From: Chthoniobacterales bacterium
Lineage (GTDB): Bacteria; Verrucomicrobiota; Verrucomicrobiia; Chthoniobacterales; UBA10450
Assembly: GCA_036490855.1 (NCBI GenBank)
Contig: DASXDC010000050.1
Span: forward strand, 1-42,689
DNA length: 42,689 nucleotides
Direction: 5' to 3'
The notes beneath the pieces were generated by a model, which had not been told where the DNA came from, made no database searches, and saw only the letters and a list, made by a program, of their open reading frames with translations. Position 1 is the first letter of the stretch. Each line of letters starts with the position of its first letter. Both the position numbers and the translations under genes were made by a program. Below, piece by piece: positions 42,656 to 42,689 of this stretch.

Positions 42656-42689
42656 CGCGACGCGCTCAATGACTTGGCAGTACGAGTTC

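Noticed and set aside
1-42689. CRISPR arrays, IS elements, integrases, prophage or defence islands
   Set aside because: I found no direct-repeat/spacer periodicity, transposase, recombinase, nuclease-helicase or toxin-antitoxin-like ORF on either strand.

Overview
This is a 42.7-kb, high-GC (about 60% by eye), gene-dense stretch of chromosomal core from a diderm bacterium. The small basic proteins and glycosyltransferase content hint at a PVC/Verrucomicrobia-like lineage, but the sequence alone does not prove it.

I support about 47 protein genes, one tRNA-Ser(GGA), one intrinsic terminator and one decayed ECF sigma pseudogene. I saw no rRNA, IS element, integrase, prophage, CRISPR array or recognisable defence genes.

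Gene content:
- Housekeeping: tesA-ybbA-ybbP, rRNA pseudouridine synthase, gcvT-gcvH, cysS, ispF, IMPase, coaC/coaB, gmk, yicC, mutY, rnhC, HU.
- Envelope and glycan functions: ArnT-like GT39, a GT2 coupled to a TMTC-like GT-C/TPR protein, and a 1115-aa GH18-like/CE4/GT2 synthase with a GH26-like lipoprotein.
- An ABC-2 exporter flanked by two paralogous barrel-plus-secreted-protein cassettes.
- An ECF sigma/anti-sigma/PDZ operon.

Many adjacent genes overlap by ATGA/GTGA, which implies long translationally coupled operons.

The most unusual signal is not a gene. The 9-mer TCGTTAGGC / GCCTAACGA (8-mer core CGTTAGGC) occurs 61 times by hand count, against roughly 1-2 expected. It appears in both orientations and in every reading frame that avoids a stop. 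It forces rare TTA/CTA leucine codons, supplies several stop codons, and sits in intergenic spacers. This looks like a DNA-level signal of the uptake-sequence or HIP1 type.

The long ORFs antisense to real genes (up to 953 aa) are high-GC artefacts.
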